A stretch of 64,000 nucleotides of DNA, taken from positions 38,667 through 102,666 of the forward strand of contig JAZDFF010000042.1 in NCBI GenBank assembly GCA_043808095.1, written 5' to 3'. The position numbers and the translations under genes are program-made. The DNA comes from Candidatus Omnitrophota bacterium. GTDB lineage: Bacteria; Omnitrophota; Gorgyraeia; JAZDFF01. Below, one piece after another: positions 20,681 to 30,451 of the stretch (position 1 is its first letter; each line of letters begins with the position of its first letter). The notes under the pieces are model-generated. The model saw only the letters and a list, made by a program, of their open reading frames with translations. It was not told the DNA's origin and searched no databases.

Positions 20681-21511
20681 CTACCTCCCTTTGGATAACT
20701 GCTCTGCCCGGTTTTCAGCTGCTTTAATAGCATCTTCTATAGTTCCGCCGTGTTCTAAAACATTTAATCCGGTCTCTGTAGTCCCTCCTGGTGAAGCAAC
20801 CTGCATTTTTAATTCACGTGGAGACAACCCTGATGCCTTGATTAAAGCAATAGTGCCTGAGGTTGTCGCTTGAGCCAATATAATTGCTTGTTTTGGATTA
20901 ATCCCAAAATCATTGACCGCTGTTTGCTCTAAATAAGCTGTAAAATTTATTTTTAATCCTTCTGGAATATTATTATAATCAACATTATCTCTTTCTAACA
21001 CATAACAAAATAATCCTGGTCCACTTCCAGAAATGGCAGTAACTGCGTTCATATGATTTTCTTCTACTATCATAGTCTCTCCCAAAGAAGAAAAAACTTC
21101 TTGTGTAAGAGCTAAATCATTTCCGAGTACGTATCTGCCTTTGCATAAACAGATCATCCCTTTCCCAATCTTTGCCGGAAGATTCGGCATTGTTCTAATT
21201 ACCCTTGCCTTACCTAAAAGTTTCTCAATATAAGCTGTGCTTATGCCTGCGGCAATTGAGATAATTAATTTATCCTTGACTCTGTCTTTAATCTCACCTA
21301 AAACAGAATCAAAATCCCGGGGCTTTATTGCTAATATTAGGATTTCAGATTTCTCTGCCAGGTTTAAGGTATCGGGACAAACCGAAATTCTTAAGAGGCC
21401 TGCGGTTTTATTCTTATCCTTATCAAAAACAAAGGTATCATAATTGTATTTCAGGCGCTCTGCGATTGCCGAACCCATATTGCCATACCCAATAATTCCA
21501 ATCTTTTTCAT
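20681..21511 (-). CDS. proC: Pyrroline-5-carboxylate reductase
   Basis: GYGNMG, ISIAAG, RTMPN, SGSGP, VASPGGTT. Confidence 0.95.
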   Translation of the reverse strand: MKKIGIIGYGNMGSAIAERLKYNYDTFVFDKDKNKTAGLLRISVCPDTLNLAEKSEILILAIKPRDFDSVLGEIKDRVKDKLIISIAAGISTAYIEKLLGKARVIRTMPNLPAKIGKGMICLCKGRYVLGNDLALTQEVFSSLGETMIVEENHMNAVTAISGSGPGLFCYVLERDNVDYNNIPEGLKINFTAYLEQTAVNDFGINPKQAIILAQATTSGTIALIKASGLSPRELKMQVASPGGTTETGLNVLEHGGTIEDAIKAAENRAEQLSKGR

Positions 21512-21565
21512 TTTTGATTCTTTTACAAATTTAATCTAATAATTTAAGGATTTTATTAACTCTAT

Positions 21566-21728
21566 TTAAATTCTAAATTCCAATGACCAAAACAAAAATG
21601 GTTTTAAATATTTGAATTTAGAATTTGTTTCGTCTGCCTGCCGGCAGGCAGGAATTTTCCCGCTTTGCGGGATCCCGCTAGATTTGTTTTATATTTTGGT
21701 GCGGGACGTATTTCGTGCTTCGAATTTA
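21566..21728. repeat. Heptamer-arm repeat carrying a ctgcctgccggcaggcagg palindrome (21634-21652) and a cccgc double hairpin (21659-21706)
   Basis: aaattct/aaattcc ... tttgaat/ttagaat arms; embedded palindromes recur elsewhere in the window. Confidence 0.8.
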
Positions 21729-21757
21729 TGTGCTGTCCTTTTCTAAGTCAGCTTAAG

Positions 21758-22438
21758 TTAATCTGTGTTTCCGAAGATCGCTCTTCCTAATCTAACCATG
21801 GTCGCCCCTTCTTCTATGGCAATTTGATAATCATCAGTCATGCCCATTGATAAAACCTGCAACTCGTCTCTCGTAACTCGAAACTCGTTAATTTTATCTT
21901 TTAGCCCTCTTAGTGCCCTAAAATAGGGCCGGGCATTATCCGGTTTATCGACGATTGGGGCGATGGTCATCAGGCCCTTTAAATTCAAATTCTTAAGGCT
22001 GGCTATTTCTTTTACAGTTTCGATTGCCTCCTCAGGCTTAAGGCCGAATTTTGTGGCTTCATCCGAGGTATTTACCTCGATTAAAATCTCCTGAACCTTA
22101 TTTATCTTTCTCGCCTCTTCGTCAATAACCATGGCAAGACGCAGGCTATCTACGGAATGAATCAGGGAAAATAACTTAACCGCATCTCTTGCCTTGTTGG
22201 TCTGTAAGTGGCCGACCATATGCCATTTAAGAGCTGGCAATCGGCTAAATTTTACCGTTGCTTCCTGAACTCGGTTTTCTCCGATATCTTGTATCCCTAA
22301 ACCGATAACTTCTTTAATATCCTCGATAGTAGCGGTTTTCGTAACTACCACTATTGTAATCTCGTCTTTGCTTTGTTTAGCCCTTTGACAAACTGCCGCA
22401 ATATTATCTCTGATTATTTTAAGATTTTCGCTAATCAT
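21758..22438 (-). CDS. yggS: YggS-family pyridoxal phosphate homeostasis protein
   Basis: VVVTK, GENRVQE, WHMVGHLQTNK, LSMGMTDDY, EEGATMVRLGRAIFG; start reassigned to ATG 22438. Confidence 0.95.
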   Translation of the reverse strand: MISENLKIIRDNIAAVCQRAKQSKDEITIVVVTKTATIEDIKEVIGLGIQDIGENRVQEATVKFSRLPALKWHMVGHLQTNKARDAVKLFSLIHSVDSLRLAMVIDEEARKINKVQEILIEVNTSDEATKFGLKPEEAIETVKEIASLKNLNLKGLMTIAPIVDKPDNARPYFRALRGLKDKINEFRVTRDELQVLSMGMTDDYQIAIEEGATMVRLGRAIFGNTD

Positions 22439-22446
22439 CTTGTTAA

Positions 22447-22632
22447 AGGGATTCACAAAAAACGTTTCGCCCTTGATTACAGAGATTATCCCGCACAATA
22501 GAAAATATCAGCGGGATCCCGCAAAGCGGGAAAATCAGATTACAGAGATTCATGTTAGTCAATAAATCACTGTAATCTTTTCTAAAATCGCCGTAATCAA
22601 CAGCCCAAGATCAAATATTATAAGGGGCTGTT
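22447..22632 (+). repeat. MITE-like gattacag carrier repeat with cccgc double-hairpin cargo (22489-22534)
   Basis: Both ends match 30187-30441 in inverted orientation (cgtttcgcccttgattacagagat; aaatcgccgtaatcaacagccc). Confidence 0.85.
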
Positions 22633-22724
22633 TGTTAAGTTAACACAAAAGCCAATGTCTGTCAACATCTTCAAAAGAAAAAGCAGTCACTAAAAACGCG
22701 CTGCTTTTCTAGAAAATTCAGAAA

Positions 22725-23375
22725 TTATATGTTAATAAAATTTGTTAATACTTTTAGTCCGAGCGCCTGGCTTTTTTCAGGGTGAAACTGTACGCCGAAG
22801 ATGTTGCCCTGCTGAATTACTGCAGTAAAATCCTTACCATAGTTAGAAGTTGCGGCAATAATATTCTTATCTTGCGGCGCGACATAATACGAATGACAGA
22901 AATAAAAGTGTGAGCCGCTTGGTATGCCCTTCAACAGTGGACACCTTTCGTCCCTCGTCCCTCGCCTGCCCTGAGCGTAGTCGAAGGGTCCCTCGTCCAT
23001 CGTCTTCACACTATTCCATCCGATTTGAGGTATTTTCACGCGCTTGGGGAAAATCTTACAGGTCCCCTTAAATACCCCCAGTCCTTTTACCCCTTTTGAC
23101 TCCTCGCTTCTTTCAAATAAAAGCTGTAAGCCCAGGCAGATACCCAAAAAATAGATATCTTCATTTTCAAGTTTTTCTCTTAAGCAAGTATATAAACCCC
23201 GCCGCTTAAGCTCTCTTACTGCATCGCCAAACGCACCTACGCCGGGAAGCACTATTTTAGAGGCGTTTTCTAAATCCTTGGGGCTTGAACAAAGTTTTAC
23301 CCTCGCCCCCAGAAATTCCAAGGCCTTGGCAACGCTTTGTAAGTTGCCCATTCCGTAATCAATAACAGCAATCAT
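22725..23375 (-). CDS. hisH: Imidazole glycerol phosphate synthase glutaminase subunit
   Basis: DYGMGNL, LPGVGAF, GICLGLQ, QFHPEKS; carries an in-frame repeat-derived insertion. Confidence 0.97.
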   Translation of the reverse strand: MIAVIDYGMGNLQSVAKALEFLGARVKLCSSPKDLENASKIVLPGVGAFGDAVRELKRRGLYTCLREKLENEDIYFLGICLGLQLLFERSEESKGVKGLGVFKGTCKIFPKRVKIPQIGWNSVKTMDEGPFDYAQGRRGTRDERCPLLKGIPSGSHFYFCHSYYVAPQDKNIIAATSNYGKDFTAVIQQGNIFGVQFHPEKSQALGLKVLTNFINI

Positions 23376-23403
23376 TTTCTTATCTACTAAATAAAAATTA
23401 CAT

Positions 23404-23518
23404 TGATTACAGTGATTTTTCCCGCCACAAAGATTGGCGGGTCCGCCAAAGCATTATGGCGGAAAAACCGATTACAGCGATTAATCACCGGAATCTATTT
23501 TGATAATCTCTGGAATCA
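23404..23518. repeat. gattacag/gtaatc-type inverted repeat with cccgcc double-hairpin cargo
   Basis: gattacagtgatt [cccgcc..ggcggg tccgcc..ggcgga] gattacagcgatt ... aatcaccggaatc/aatctctggaatc. Confidence 0.75.
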
Positions 23519-23527
23519 TGCTTTTCT

Positions 23528-24148
23528 TTAATCGATTACCCCTTTGGTGGAGGGAACATCTTTGCGCCGGGGATCAATCTGGCAAGCAGCATCTAAGGCG
23601 ATGCCCATGGCTTTAAAGATAGGTTCAAAGGTGGTGTGAAGATCGGTATTAAGGGGCCCTACTTTTATGTTTAAATTTGCGCCCAATCTTTTGGCAAACG
23701 ACTCTAATAAATGTTCAACATAATTAAATTGATAACCGTCTACTGTTTTGGGCGCGTCGCTAACAGTATCTGCCTTATCTAATTTAAAATAACCTCTGCC
23801 GCTTATATCAATTACAACATCGGCCACAACTGCTTCCATCGGACAAGAGGCAGAACCAAACCTCTTTATCCCTTTTTTATCGCCTAAGGCTTCTTTAAAG
23901 GCATCGCCTAAAACAATACCAACATCCTCATTGGTGTGGTGCAAATCCACCTTTAGGTCTCCCTTGGCATTAATCTCTAAATCAAATAGGCCATGGAAGG
24001 AAAATAATTCCAGCATGTGGTCTAAAATTCCGATACCGGTCTTTATCTTGGCCTTGCCGCTTCCGTCAATATTCAGCTTAACGGTTATTTCGGTTTCTTT
24101 GGTTTTTCTTTTGACAGTTGCAATTCTTTTTTTCATAAATTTGCTCAC
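23528..24148 (-). CDS. hisB: Imidazoleglycerol-phosphate dehydratase
   Basis: RKTKET, LDHML, DLHHTNEDVG, PSTKG; true start may be ATG at 24136. Confidence 0.95.
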   Translation of the reverse strand: MSKFMKKRIATVKRKTKETEITVKLNIDGSGKAKIKTGIGILDHMLELFSFHGLFDLEINAKGDLKVDLHHTNEDVGIVLGDAFKEALGDKKGIKRFGSASCPMEAVVADVVIDISGRGYFKLDKADTVSDAPKTVDGYQFNYVEHLLESFAKRLGANLNIKVGPLNTDLHTTFEPIFKAMGIALDAACQIDPRRKDVPSTKGVID

Positions 24149-25377
24149 TTTCCTTCGGAATATCTAACTTTTACGGAATCTAAATGCTGATTCAGACCCT
24201 CAATGGTAGCCATTTTCTCTAAGGGCTCCCTAATCTTTTCTAAGGCCTTCTTGGAATAACTGATGATGTGATTAGTCTTAATAAAATCAAATACGGAAAG
24301 CCCGGAGAAGAATCTGGCCGTGCCTGCCGTAGGTAGGACGTGGCTTGGCCCGGCAACATAATCCCCCACTGCAGTCGGACTATACGGACCTAAAAATATT
24401 GCCCCGGCATTTTTTATCCCTTTTAGAAGCCGGTTAGGATTTCTGACTAAGATTTCAAGGTGTTCGGGCGCAATTCTGTTAGAAATCTCAACCGCAGAAT
24501 CCATATTCGAAACTAAGATGATATAACCCTCGATATCTGCCTGGGATTTTATTTCCTTAGCCAGAGATTTTGAATTAGTAATAAGTATGGCCAGGCCTTT
24601 GCTATGTTCTGCCTGGGCCTTGAGGTCGGCGATGATAAATTTGGGGTCGCTGAAACGATTGGCAATAATTACCAGTTCCGTCGGGCCGGCAATCATATCA
24701 ATATCCACTAGGCCAAAGACCTGGCGCTTTGCCTCCTGGACATAGATATTGCCCGGGCCGACAATTTTGTCTACCCTGGGAACAGTCTTTGTCCCGTAGG
24801 CGAGCGCGGCAATACCCTGAGCTCCGCCAACGCGATAAATTTCATCTACCTTTAATAGATCAGCCACAACTAAGATATGCGGATTGATATAGCTATTTTT
24901 ATCCGGGGGGCTGATTAATATAATCTTTTTTACGCCGGCAATCTTCGCAGGAAGCGCCGTCATATATACGGTAGAAACTAAAGGCGCAGTACCGGCCGGG
25001 ATATAGATACCAACTTTTTCGAGCGGCCCATAATTCTCGCCCAAGATAAGGCCGTCTCCTCCTTTAAGCCTCCAGGATTTTCTTAAGGTCTTACGATAAA
25101 ACTTGTTGATATTTTCAATAATCAGCTTAAGGCTTGAGACAAAATTCGGGGTGATACTTTGGTAGGCGCCGCTTATCTCATTCGGTAGGACCTTAAGCTG
25201 CCTGGATGATATTTTTACCTTATCGAATTTCTTGGTATACTTTAAAAGCGCCTCATCACCTGATGCACGCACATCTTCGATAATCTTTCGTACCCGTTCC
25301 TCAATACGCCGCGGGCGTAAGTACCTGCGGTCATAAATCTTTTCTAAGGTCTTGCTGTTTGCTCTGATTATTTTCAC
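24145..25377 (-). CDS. hisD: Histidinol dehydrogenase
   Basis: GGAQGIAALAYGT, GPGNIYV, QAEH, APEHL, GDYVAGPSHVLPT. Confidence 0.96.
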   Translation of the reverse strand: MKIIRANSKTLEKIYDRRYLRPRRIEERVRKIIEDVRASGDEALLKYTKKFDKVKISSRQLKVLPNEISGAYQSITPNFVSSLKLIIENINKFYRKTLRKSWRLKGGDGLILGENYGPLEKVGIYIPAGTAPLVSTVYMTALPAKIAGVKKIILISPPDKNSYINPHILVVADLLKVDEIYRVGGAQGIAALAYGTKTVPRVDKIVGPGNIYVQEAKRQVFGLVDIDMIAGPTELVIIANRFSDPKFIIADLKAQAEHSKGLAILITNSKSLAKEIKSQADIEGYIILVSNMDSAVEISNRIAPEHLEILVRNPNRLLKGIKNAGAIFLGPYSPTAVGDYVAGPSHVLPTAGTARFFSGLSVFDFIKTNHIISYSKKALEKIREPLEKMATIEGLNQHLDSVKVRYSEGK

Positions 25378-25484
25378 CCTGTTAGACCTCCAGTGAATTT
25401 AGTTAAAACGTAATTATTATAAAAAATAGCATTTATTATAAATATTTGCATATAGTTTGCATTTTTAAAAGGCCTAACAGGGTT
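25376..25484. repeat. Terminal inverted repeat accctgttagacct ... aggcctaacagggt enclosing AT-rich spacer
   Basis: 14-bp arms with one mismatch; left arm overlaps the hisD RBS and start. Confidence 0.7.
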
Positions 25485-25491
25485 CATGGTA

Positions 25492-28113
25492 TTATTTTTG
25501 ATTGCGGATCAGGGTCTTTAATTTTAAAAAGGCTGCCGGAAAATTCGAAGGTATACTGACGCCTGCCTGGGAAAAATCAGGCCGGCCTCCGCCGTTTCCC
25601 CCGACTAGGATAGCGATCTCTTTAATTAATTTTGAGGCATCGATGCCTTTCTCGCAAATACTTTTGGTCACGCCGATAACAAGATTGGTCTCATTGCCTA
25701 AGGCAATTACTGCAGGGTCTATTTTTTCTTTAATTAAGTCTACGGTCCTTCTTAATGAATTCACATCGATATCTTTTCTAAAGCAGGTGATAACGCTAAT
25801 GCCGTTGATTATCTCTGCATTCTTTATCAGGGGATCTATGGAGTTTTTGAGCGCATCGAATTTTTGTCCTTCCAGCTTCTTCTCGAGGTCTTTGGTATAG
25901 GCCTGTTTCTTACTTAATTCCTCGAGGATATAATCTTGTTGGGTATTTAAAAAGGAGGAAATCGAATTTAAAGCATCTTCCTCTTTTTTAATGGTTTTAT
26001 AAGCGAAGCTCCCGGTCTGGGCCTCAATCCTCCTTACGCCGCTTGCTATTGAGCCTTCGTGCACTATTTTAAACAGGCCGATTGTCCCTGTCTGATCAAG
26101 ATGCGTCCCGCCGCAGACCTCAGACGACACGCCAGGGATAGAAACCACCCTTACAGTATCCTCATATTTATCGCCAAAAAATGCCAGAGCCCCTTTTTTT
26201 CTGGCCTCGGTAAGCCTCATCTCTTTCTTTTTCACCTCATAATTGGCCATGATGTAGCTGTTAACTAATTCTTCAATGCGGCTGAGTTGGCTATCGGTTA
26301 TATCTTTAAAATGGGTAAAGTCAAAACGCAATCTATCCTCGGCCACGAGAGAACCCTGCTGCTTGACATGTTCGCCCAGGACCTTTCTTAATGCCGCCTG
26401 CAAAAGATGGGTGGCAGTATGATTCCTGGCAATGGAAAGCCGCCTCTGGCTATCGGTCTTAACCAGAACCAAATCGCCTTTTTTGAATGCCTGGGATTTA
26501 AACCTTCCCTTATGGATTATAATCTTATTGATCTTTTTGGTATCCAGGACTTCAAAGATAATCTTTCCTTTAATTAACTCACCCGTATCTGCGACCTGGC
26601 CGCCGGACTCAGGATAAAATACGGTCTTATCTAAAATGATAGAGGCCTCATCGCCTTTATTAATTTTCTTTATCTGTTGATTATCCTTTACTATCTTAAT
26701 TACCTTGGCCTTGACTTCTTTATCCTTATAGCCCAAGAATTTAGTCTCCTTTATTCCTAAGTGCAGGCCCTTGACATCAAAGACATCGCCCTTCATCCCG
26801 CTTTGTGATTTTGAACGGTTCTTCTGATTTTCTAATTCACGGTCAAAGGCTTCTTGTGAAAATCCTACACCATGGATTTTTAACCAATCTTTAGTTAACT
26901 TAAGCGGTATTCCATAGGTATCATAGAGCTTGAAGGCAAGCAAGCCGACTTGTTCTGGATCATATTTAAGAGGTCTTTCAGTAATAACAGCTAATTTAGA
27001 AAGGCCCTGTTTTATTAAAGCATCACTTGATTCCAGCGTTGAAATAAAACTATCCTCTTCGGATAAAATAATCTCGGAGATATTCTCCCGCCGAGCCTCG
27101 AGTCCGGGATAAGGATTTTTCATCATGCGGCAGACTATTGGCACCAACTTATATAAAAATGGTTTTTCTATTCCCAGCGACATTAAATGTAATACAGATT
27201 TACGGATAAGTTTCCTGATTACGTAGCCGCGTCCTTCATTTGAAGGCAGCACCCCGTCATATATCGCAAACACTATCGCCCGGATATGGTCGGCTACCGC
27301 ATACATAAATTCTTCTTTAGGCGATCTCTTAACATTGGAATATATCTCTTTTACAATCGGACTAAATATATCAATTTCAAAATTACTCGCTACGCCCTGC
27401 ATGACGGCTGCCAGCCTCTCCAGGCCCATACCCGTATCGATATTTTTCTTAGGCAAAGGTTCTAAGGCACCGGCGTCCTTACGATTAAACTGGGTAAAGA
27501 CCAGGTTCCAGACCTCTATAAATCTGCCACAGTCACAAGAAGGGTTACAATCTTTTTTCTTACAACCTATCTCCTCCCCCCGGTCAAAAAATATCTCCGA
27601 GCACGGCCCGCACGGTCCATTTGGCCCAAGTTGTCTTGCCTCAGATGGCCAGAAATTTTCCTTATCTCCTAATTTTATAATTTTTTTTAACGGAACCTTT
27701 ATTTTATCCTTCCAGATTTTATATGTCTCATCATCATCTTTATACACCGAGACAGAAAGTTTATCCTTATCGATTCCGAGCTCCTTGTTTAAGAATTCCC
27801 AAGCCCATAATATCGCCTCATCCTTAAAATAATCTCCGAATGAGAAATTACCCAGCATCTCAAAAAAGGTGTGGTGATACTCGGTCCTACCCACCTTATC
27901 GAGATCATCAGTGCGTAAGCACCTCTGAGAACTTGCCGCCCGGGAAAAATCTCCGATAAAACCCAAGAACTCTTTTTTGAACTGATTCATTCCGGCAGGG
28001 GTAAATAAGACCGTCAGGTCATCGGCGGGAACTAAAGAGTCGCTCTCAACTATCTTGTGTTTCTTAGATTTAAAAAATTCTAAGAATTTATCACGTAGAA
28101 CATCGGTCTTCAT
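25492..28113 (-). CDS. alaS: Alanine--tRNA ligase
   Basis: AGMNQFK, HHTFFEMLGNFSFGDYFK, IDTGMGLERL, HTATHLL, CGGTH, GGGRP. Confidence 0.98.
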   Translation of the reverse strand: MKTDVLRDKFLEFFKSKKHKIVESDSLVPADDLTVLFTPAGMNQFKKEFLGFIGDFSRAASSQRCLRTDDLDKVGRTEYHHTFFEMLGNFSFGDYFKDEAILWAWEFLNKELGIDKDKLSVSVYKDDDETYKIWKDKIKVPLKKIIKLGDKENFWPSEARQLGPNGPCGPCSEIFFDRGEEIGCKKKDCNPSCDCGRFIEVWNLVFTQFNRKDAGALEPLPKKNIDTGMGLERLAAVMQGVASNFEIDIFSPIVKEIYSNVKRSPKEEFMYAVADHIRAIVFAIYDGVLPSNEGRGYVIRKLIRKSVLHLMSLGIEKPFLYKLVPIVCRMMKNPYPGLEARRENISEIILSEEDSFISTLESSDALIKQGLSKLAVITERPLKYDPEQVGLLAFKLYDTYGIPLKLTKDWLKIHGVGFSQEAFDRELENQKNRSKSQSGMKGDVFDVKGLHLGIKETKFLGYKDKEVKAKVIKIVKDNQQIKKINKGDEASIILDKTVFYPESGGQVADTGELIKGKIIFEVLDTKKINKIIIHKGRFKSQAFKKGDLVLVKTDSQRRLSIARNHTATHLLQAALRKVLGEHVKQQGSLVAEDRLRFDFTHFKDITDSQLSRIEELVNSYIMANYEVKKKEMRLTEARKKGALAFFGDKYEDTVRVVSIPGVSSEVCGGTHLDQTGTIGLFKIVHEGSIASGVRRIEAQTGSFAYKTIKKEEDALNSISSFLNTQQDYILEELSKKQAYTKDLEKKLEGQKFDALKNSIDPLIKNAEIINGISVITCFRKDIDVNSLRRTVDLIKEKIDPAVIALGNETNLVIGVTKSICEKGIDASKLIKEIAILVGGNGGGRPDFSQAGVSIPSNFPAAFLKLKTLIRNQK

Positions 28114-28622
28114 TATCCTTGTGTATTTTCGGCCTCTTTTAATTTAGAAAGTCCGGCCAAAACCTCGATAATTACATCCAGAGAAAAACCGCGGCCCACG
28201 AGATAACTAAAAAGCCTTTTCTTAATCTTTAGGGGCTCAAGGCCCTTTAATCTCTTAAGCCTTTGTATGGTAAGGTGCTTCACTACGCTATATTCATCGT
28301 AGTCTTTCTTGAGCTTTTTAACTGAACTTTCAACCAGCTCTTCTTTAATTCCTTTTCGTTTTAATTCAAATTTAAGGCGCCTAAACCCCAAGGGTTTTTT
28401 TAGCCGCGAAGATAACCAAAGCCGGGTAAATTGTTTATCATCAACAAAACCCAAACCCTTGAAATATCTTAAGACTTCTTTAATTATTTTATTATTGTAG
28501 CCTCTTTGCTCTAATTTTCGGATAAGCTCGAAAGAGGCATACATCCTGACCTTGAGCACTCTAAAGATGTATTCTTTGGCCGAAGCGATATCCTTTTTCT
28601 TACTGGATTCTTTAACCTCCAA
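28113..28622 (-). CDS. recX: Regulatory protein RecX
   Basis: ELIRKL..RGY, GFVDDKQF, ELKRKGI, YLVGRGFS; near recA. Confidence 0.85.
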   Translation of the reverse strand: MEVKESSKKKDIASAKEYIFRVLKVRMYASFELIRKLEQRGYNNKIIKEVLRYFKGLGFVDDKQFTRLWLSSRLKKPLGFRRLKFELKRKGIKEELVESSVKKLKKDYDEYSVVKHLTIQRLKRLKGLEPLKIKKRLFSYLVGRGFSLDVIIEVLAGLSKLKEAENTQG

Positions 28623-28647
28623 TTTACTCTCTACTTTCTACTACTTG

Positions 28648-30165
28648 CTATTTACCCTTTACGATAAGAAAACCGCGATTGGTTTGAACCAAGGCATCGC
28701 CCTGGATATCTTTGGCCACTTTATTAAAATCAGCGGTATTTTTTATTGCCTCTTTATTGATTTCGATAATCACATCTCCGACAACAATCCCTGCCTCATC
28801 AGCGGCAGAGCCGCTGTCTACATCTATAACCACTACTCCCTCTTCGTTTTCAAGTCCAAATTTTCTGGCGATCTGGTCAGTAATATCGCCAACTACCAAA
28901 CCCCTCCAAGACTTGCCGGCAGGACTTCCTTTTTCTGCGTATTTCGTAACATCTTCAGGCCTTTCTCCGACTTCGGCAGAAACCGTAATTTTATTTTTGT
29001 CTCTTAAGACCTCAAGCTGTACTTTCCTGCCTACCTCGGCCTTACCTACGACCTTTAAGAGATCGTTCACGCTAGATACGCGCTCGCCATCAAAACTAAG
29101 GATAATATCTTTGTCTTTGATGCCGGCATTATCCGCCGGACTGTCTTTAAATACCTTTACAATCAAAACACCTTTTTTATCAGGAACGCCAAAATAATCA
29201 GCGAGTTTCTCATCCATGTCCTGGACATTTATCCCTAACCAGCCGTAAAGGATCTTTTTGCCTTCGATGAGTTTACCCAGGATGCGTTTTGCCTGATTAA
29301 TGGGAATGGCAAAGCCGACGCCTTGATAACCGCCGGTTGTAGAAAAGATGGCCACGTTTATAGCAATTACCTCGCCATTAAGATTTACTAAAGGGCCGCC
29401 GGAATTTCCGGGGTTTATGGCGGCATCCGTCTGAATCAAATCAGTATAATCCTTATCCCGGCTCAAGACCCTTCCCAGTGAGCGATGCAATGCGCTGACT
29501 ACGCCAACGGTTACTGTCGGCTCTGGATTTTCCAAGGCAAAACCAAAAGGATTGCCAATGGCAACAACCCACTGGCCGATCTTTACTTTAGCGGAATCAC
29601 CTAATACCGCAACCGGAAGATTATTGGCATCAATCTTTATCACGGCCAAGTCCGAGCGCCTATCTCTGCCTTTAACCTCGCCTTTCAATTCCCTGCCGTC
29701 AGAAAGCGTGACCGTAATTTTATCCGCATCCTGAATCACATGTTCATTAGTCAGGATATATCCGGCAGGATTAATAATAACGCCTGAACCCAGCCCCATG
29801 CGCTTATATTCTCTTTCCGGCATCTCGCCTAAGAAATCATCAAAGAAGCGGCGAAATAACTCATCGCTTCCGAAAGGACTCTCATCAGAGGGCCCTCCTC
29901 GGTAATAGAACTGCCTTCCTCCAACCTTTTCAGTATGCACCGTGCTAATCGACACCACTGCCTTACCTACTTCACTAGCCACAGTCATAGTTGCCTGTTC
30001 AACATCTGGCGAGTCAGACTGTTTGAGGCCGGTCTTAGAGTCGGCATTTAATAGAGGCGAAAGATCAAGTCTTGTCGCAATCAACAAGCCCACAATAATA
30101 CCTAGGGCTAAACTTAAAAAGAAAAATGAGAATTTATGTTCCTTGATTTTTCTGATAATATTCAT
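28648..30165 (-). CDS. HtrA/DegP serine protease with two PDZ domains
   Basis: GSGVII, TNEHVI, SDLAVIK, TDAAINPGNSGGPL. Confidence 0.95.
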   Translation of the reverse strand: MNIIRKIKEHKFSFFFLSLALGIIVGLLIATRLDLSPLLNADSKTGLKQSDSPDVEQATMTVASEVGKAVVSISTVHTEKVGGRQFYYRGGPSDESPFGSDELFRRFFDDFLGEMPEREYKRMGLGSGVIINPAGYILTNEHVIQDADKITVTLSDGRELKGEVKGRDRRSDLAVIKIDANNLPVAVLGDSAKVKIGQWVVAIGNPFGFALENPEPTVTVGVVSALHRSLGRVLSRDKDYTDLIQTDAAINPGNSGGPLVNLNGEVIAINVAIFSTTGGYQGVGFAIPINQAKRILGKLIEGKKILYGWLGINVQDMDEKLADYFGVPDKKGVLIVKVFKDSPADNAGIKDKDIILSFDGERVSSVNDLLKVVGKAEVGRKVQLEVLRDKNKITVSAEVGERPEDVTKYAEKGSPAGKSWRGLVVGDITDQIARKFGLENEEGVVVIDVDSGSAADEAGIVVGDVIIEINKEAIKNTADFNKVAKDIQGDALVQTNRGFLIVKGK

Positions 30166-30186
30166 TTTAATCTCCCTTTCATTAAA

Positions 30187-30441
30187 AACAGTCCTTCACG
30201 AAATTAACCTAAAGGGCTGTTGATTACAGCGATTTAGCCTCGAGTTTTAATCCTTGAATCCCTGGCTGCCCCGAGAAATTCGGAGAATTTCCGGGACTTA
30301 GTCCTTGGAATTTTACAATGTAAAATTCCTAAGGGCCGTCAGGCAGGTATTTTTTGATCTCTGTAATCAAGGGCGAAACGATACTTCGATTTCACTCAGT
30401 ATTCGTCCTGAGCTTGTCGAAGGACGAATTTGTGAAGCCCT
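30187..30441 (-). repeat. MITE-like gattacag carrier repeat with two cargo elements (88-bp element 30261-30347; cttcga/gtcgaagg hairpins 30381-30428)
   Basis: Ends match 22447-22632; cargo matches 6425-6512 and 6391-6413. Confidence 0.88.
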
Positions 30442-30451
30442 ATTAAAAAGA

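Noticed and set aside
22439-22498. N-terminal extension of YggS in the ORF track
   Set aside because: It reads through an intergenic repeat; family similarity starts at ATG 22438
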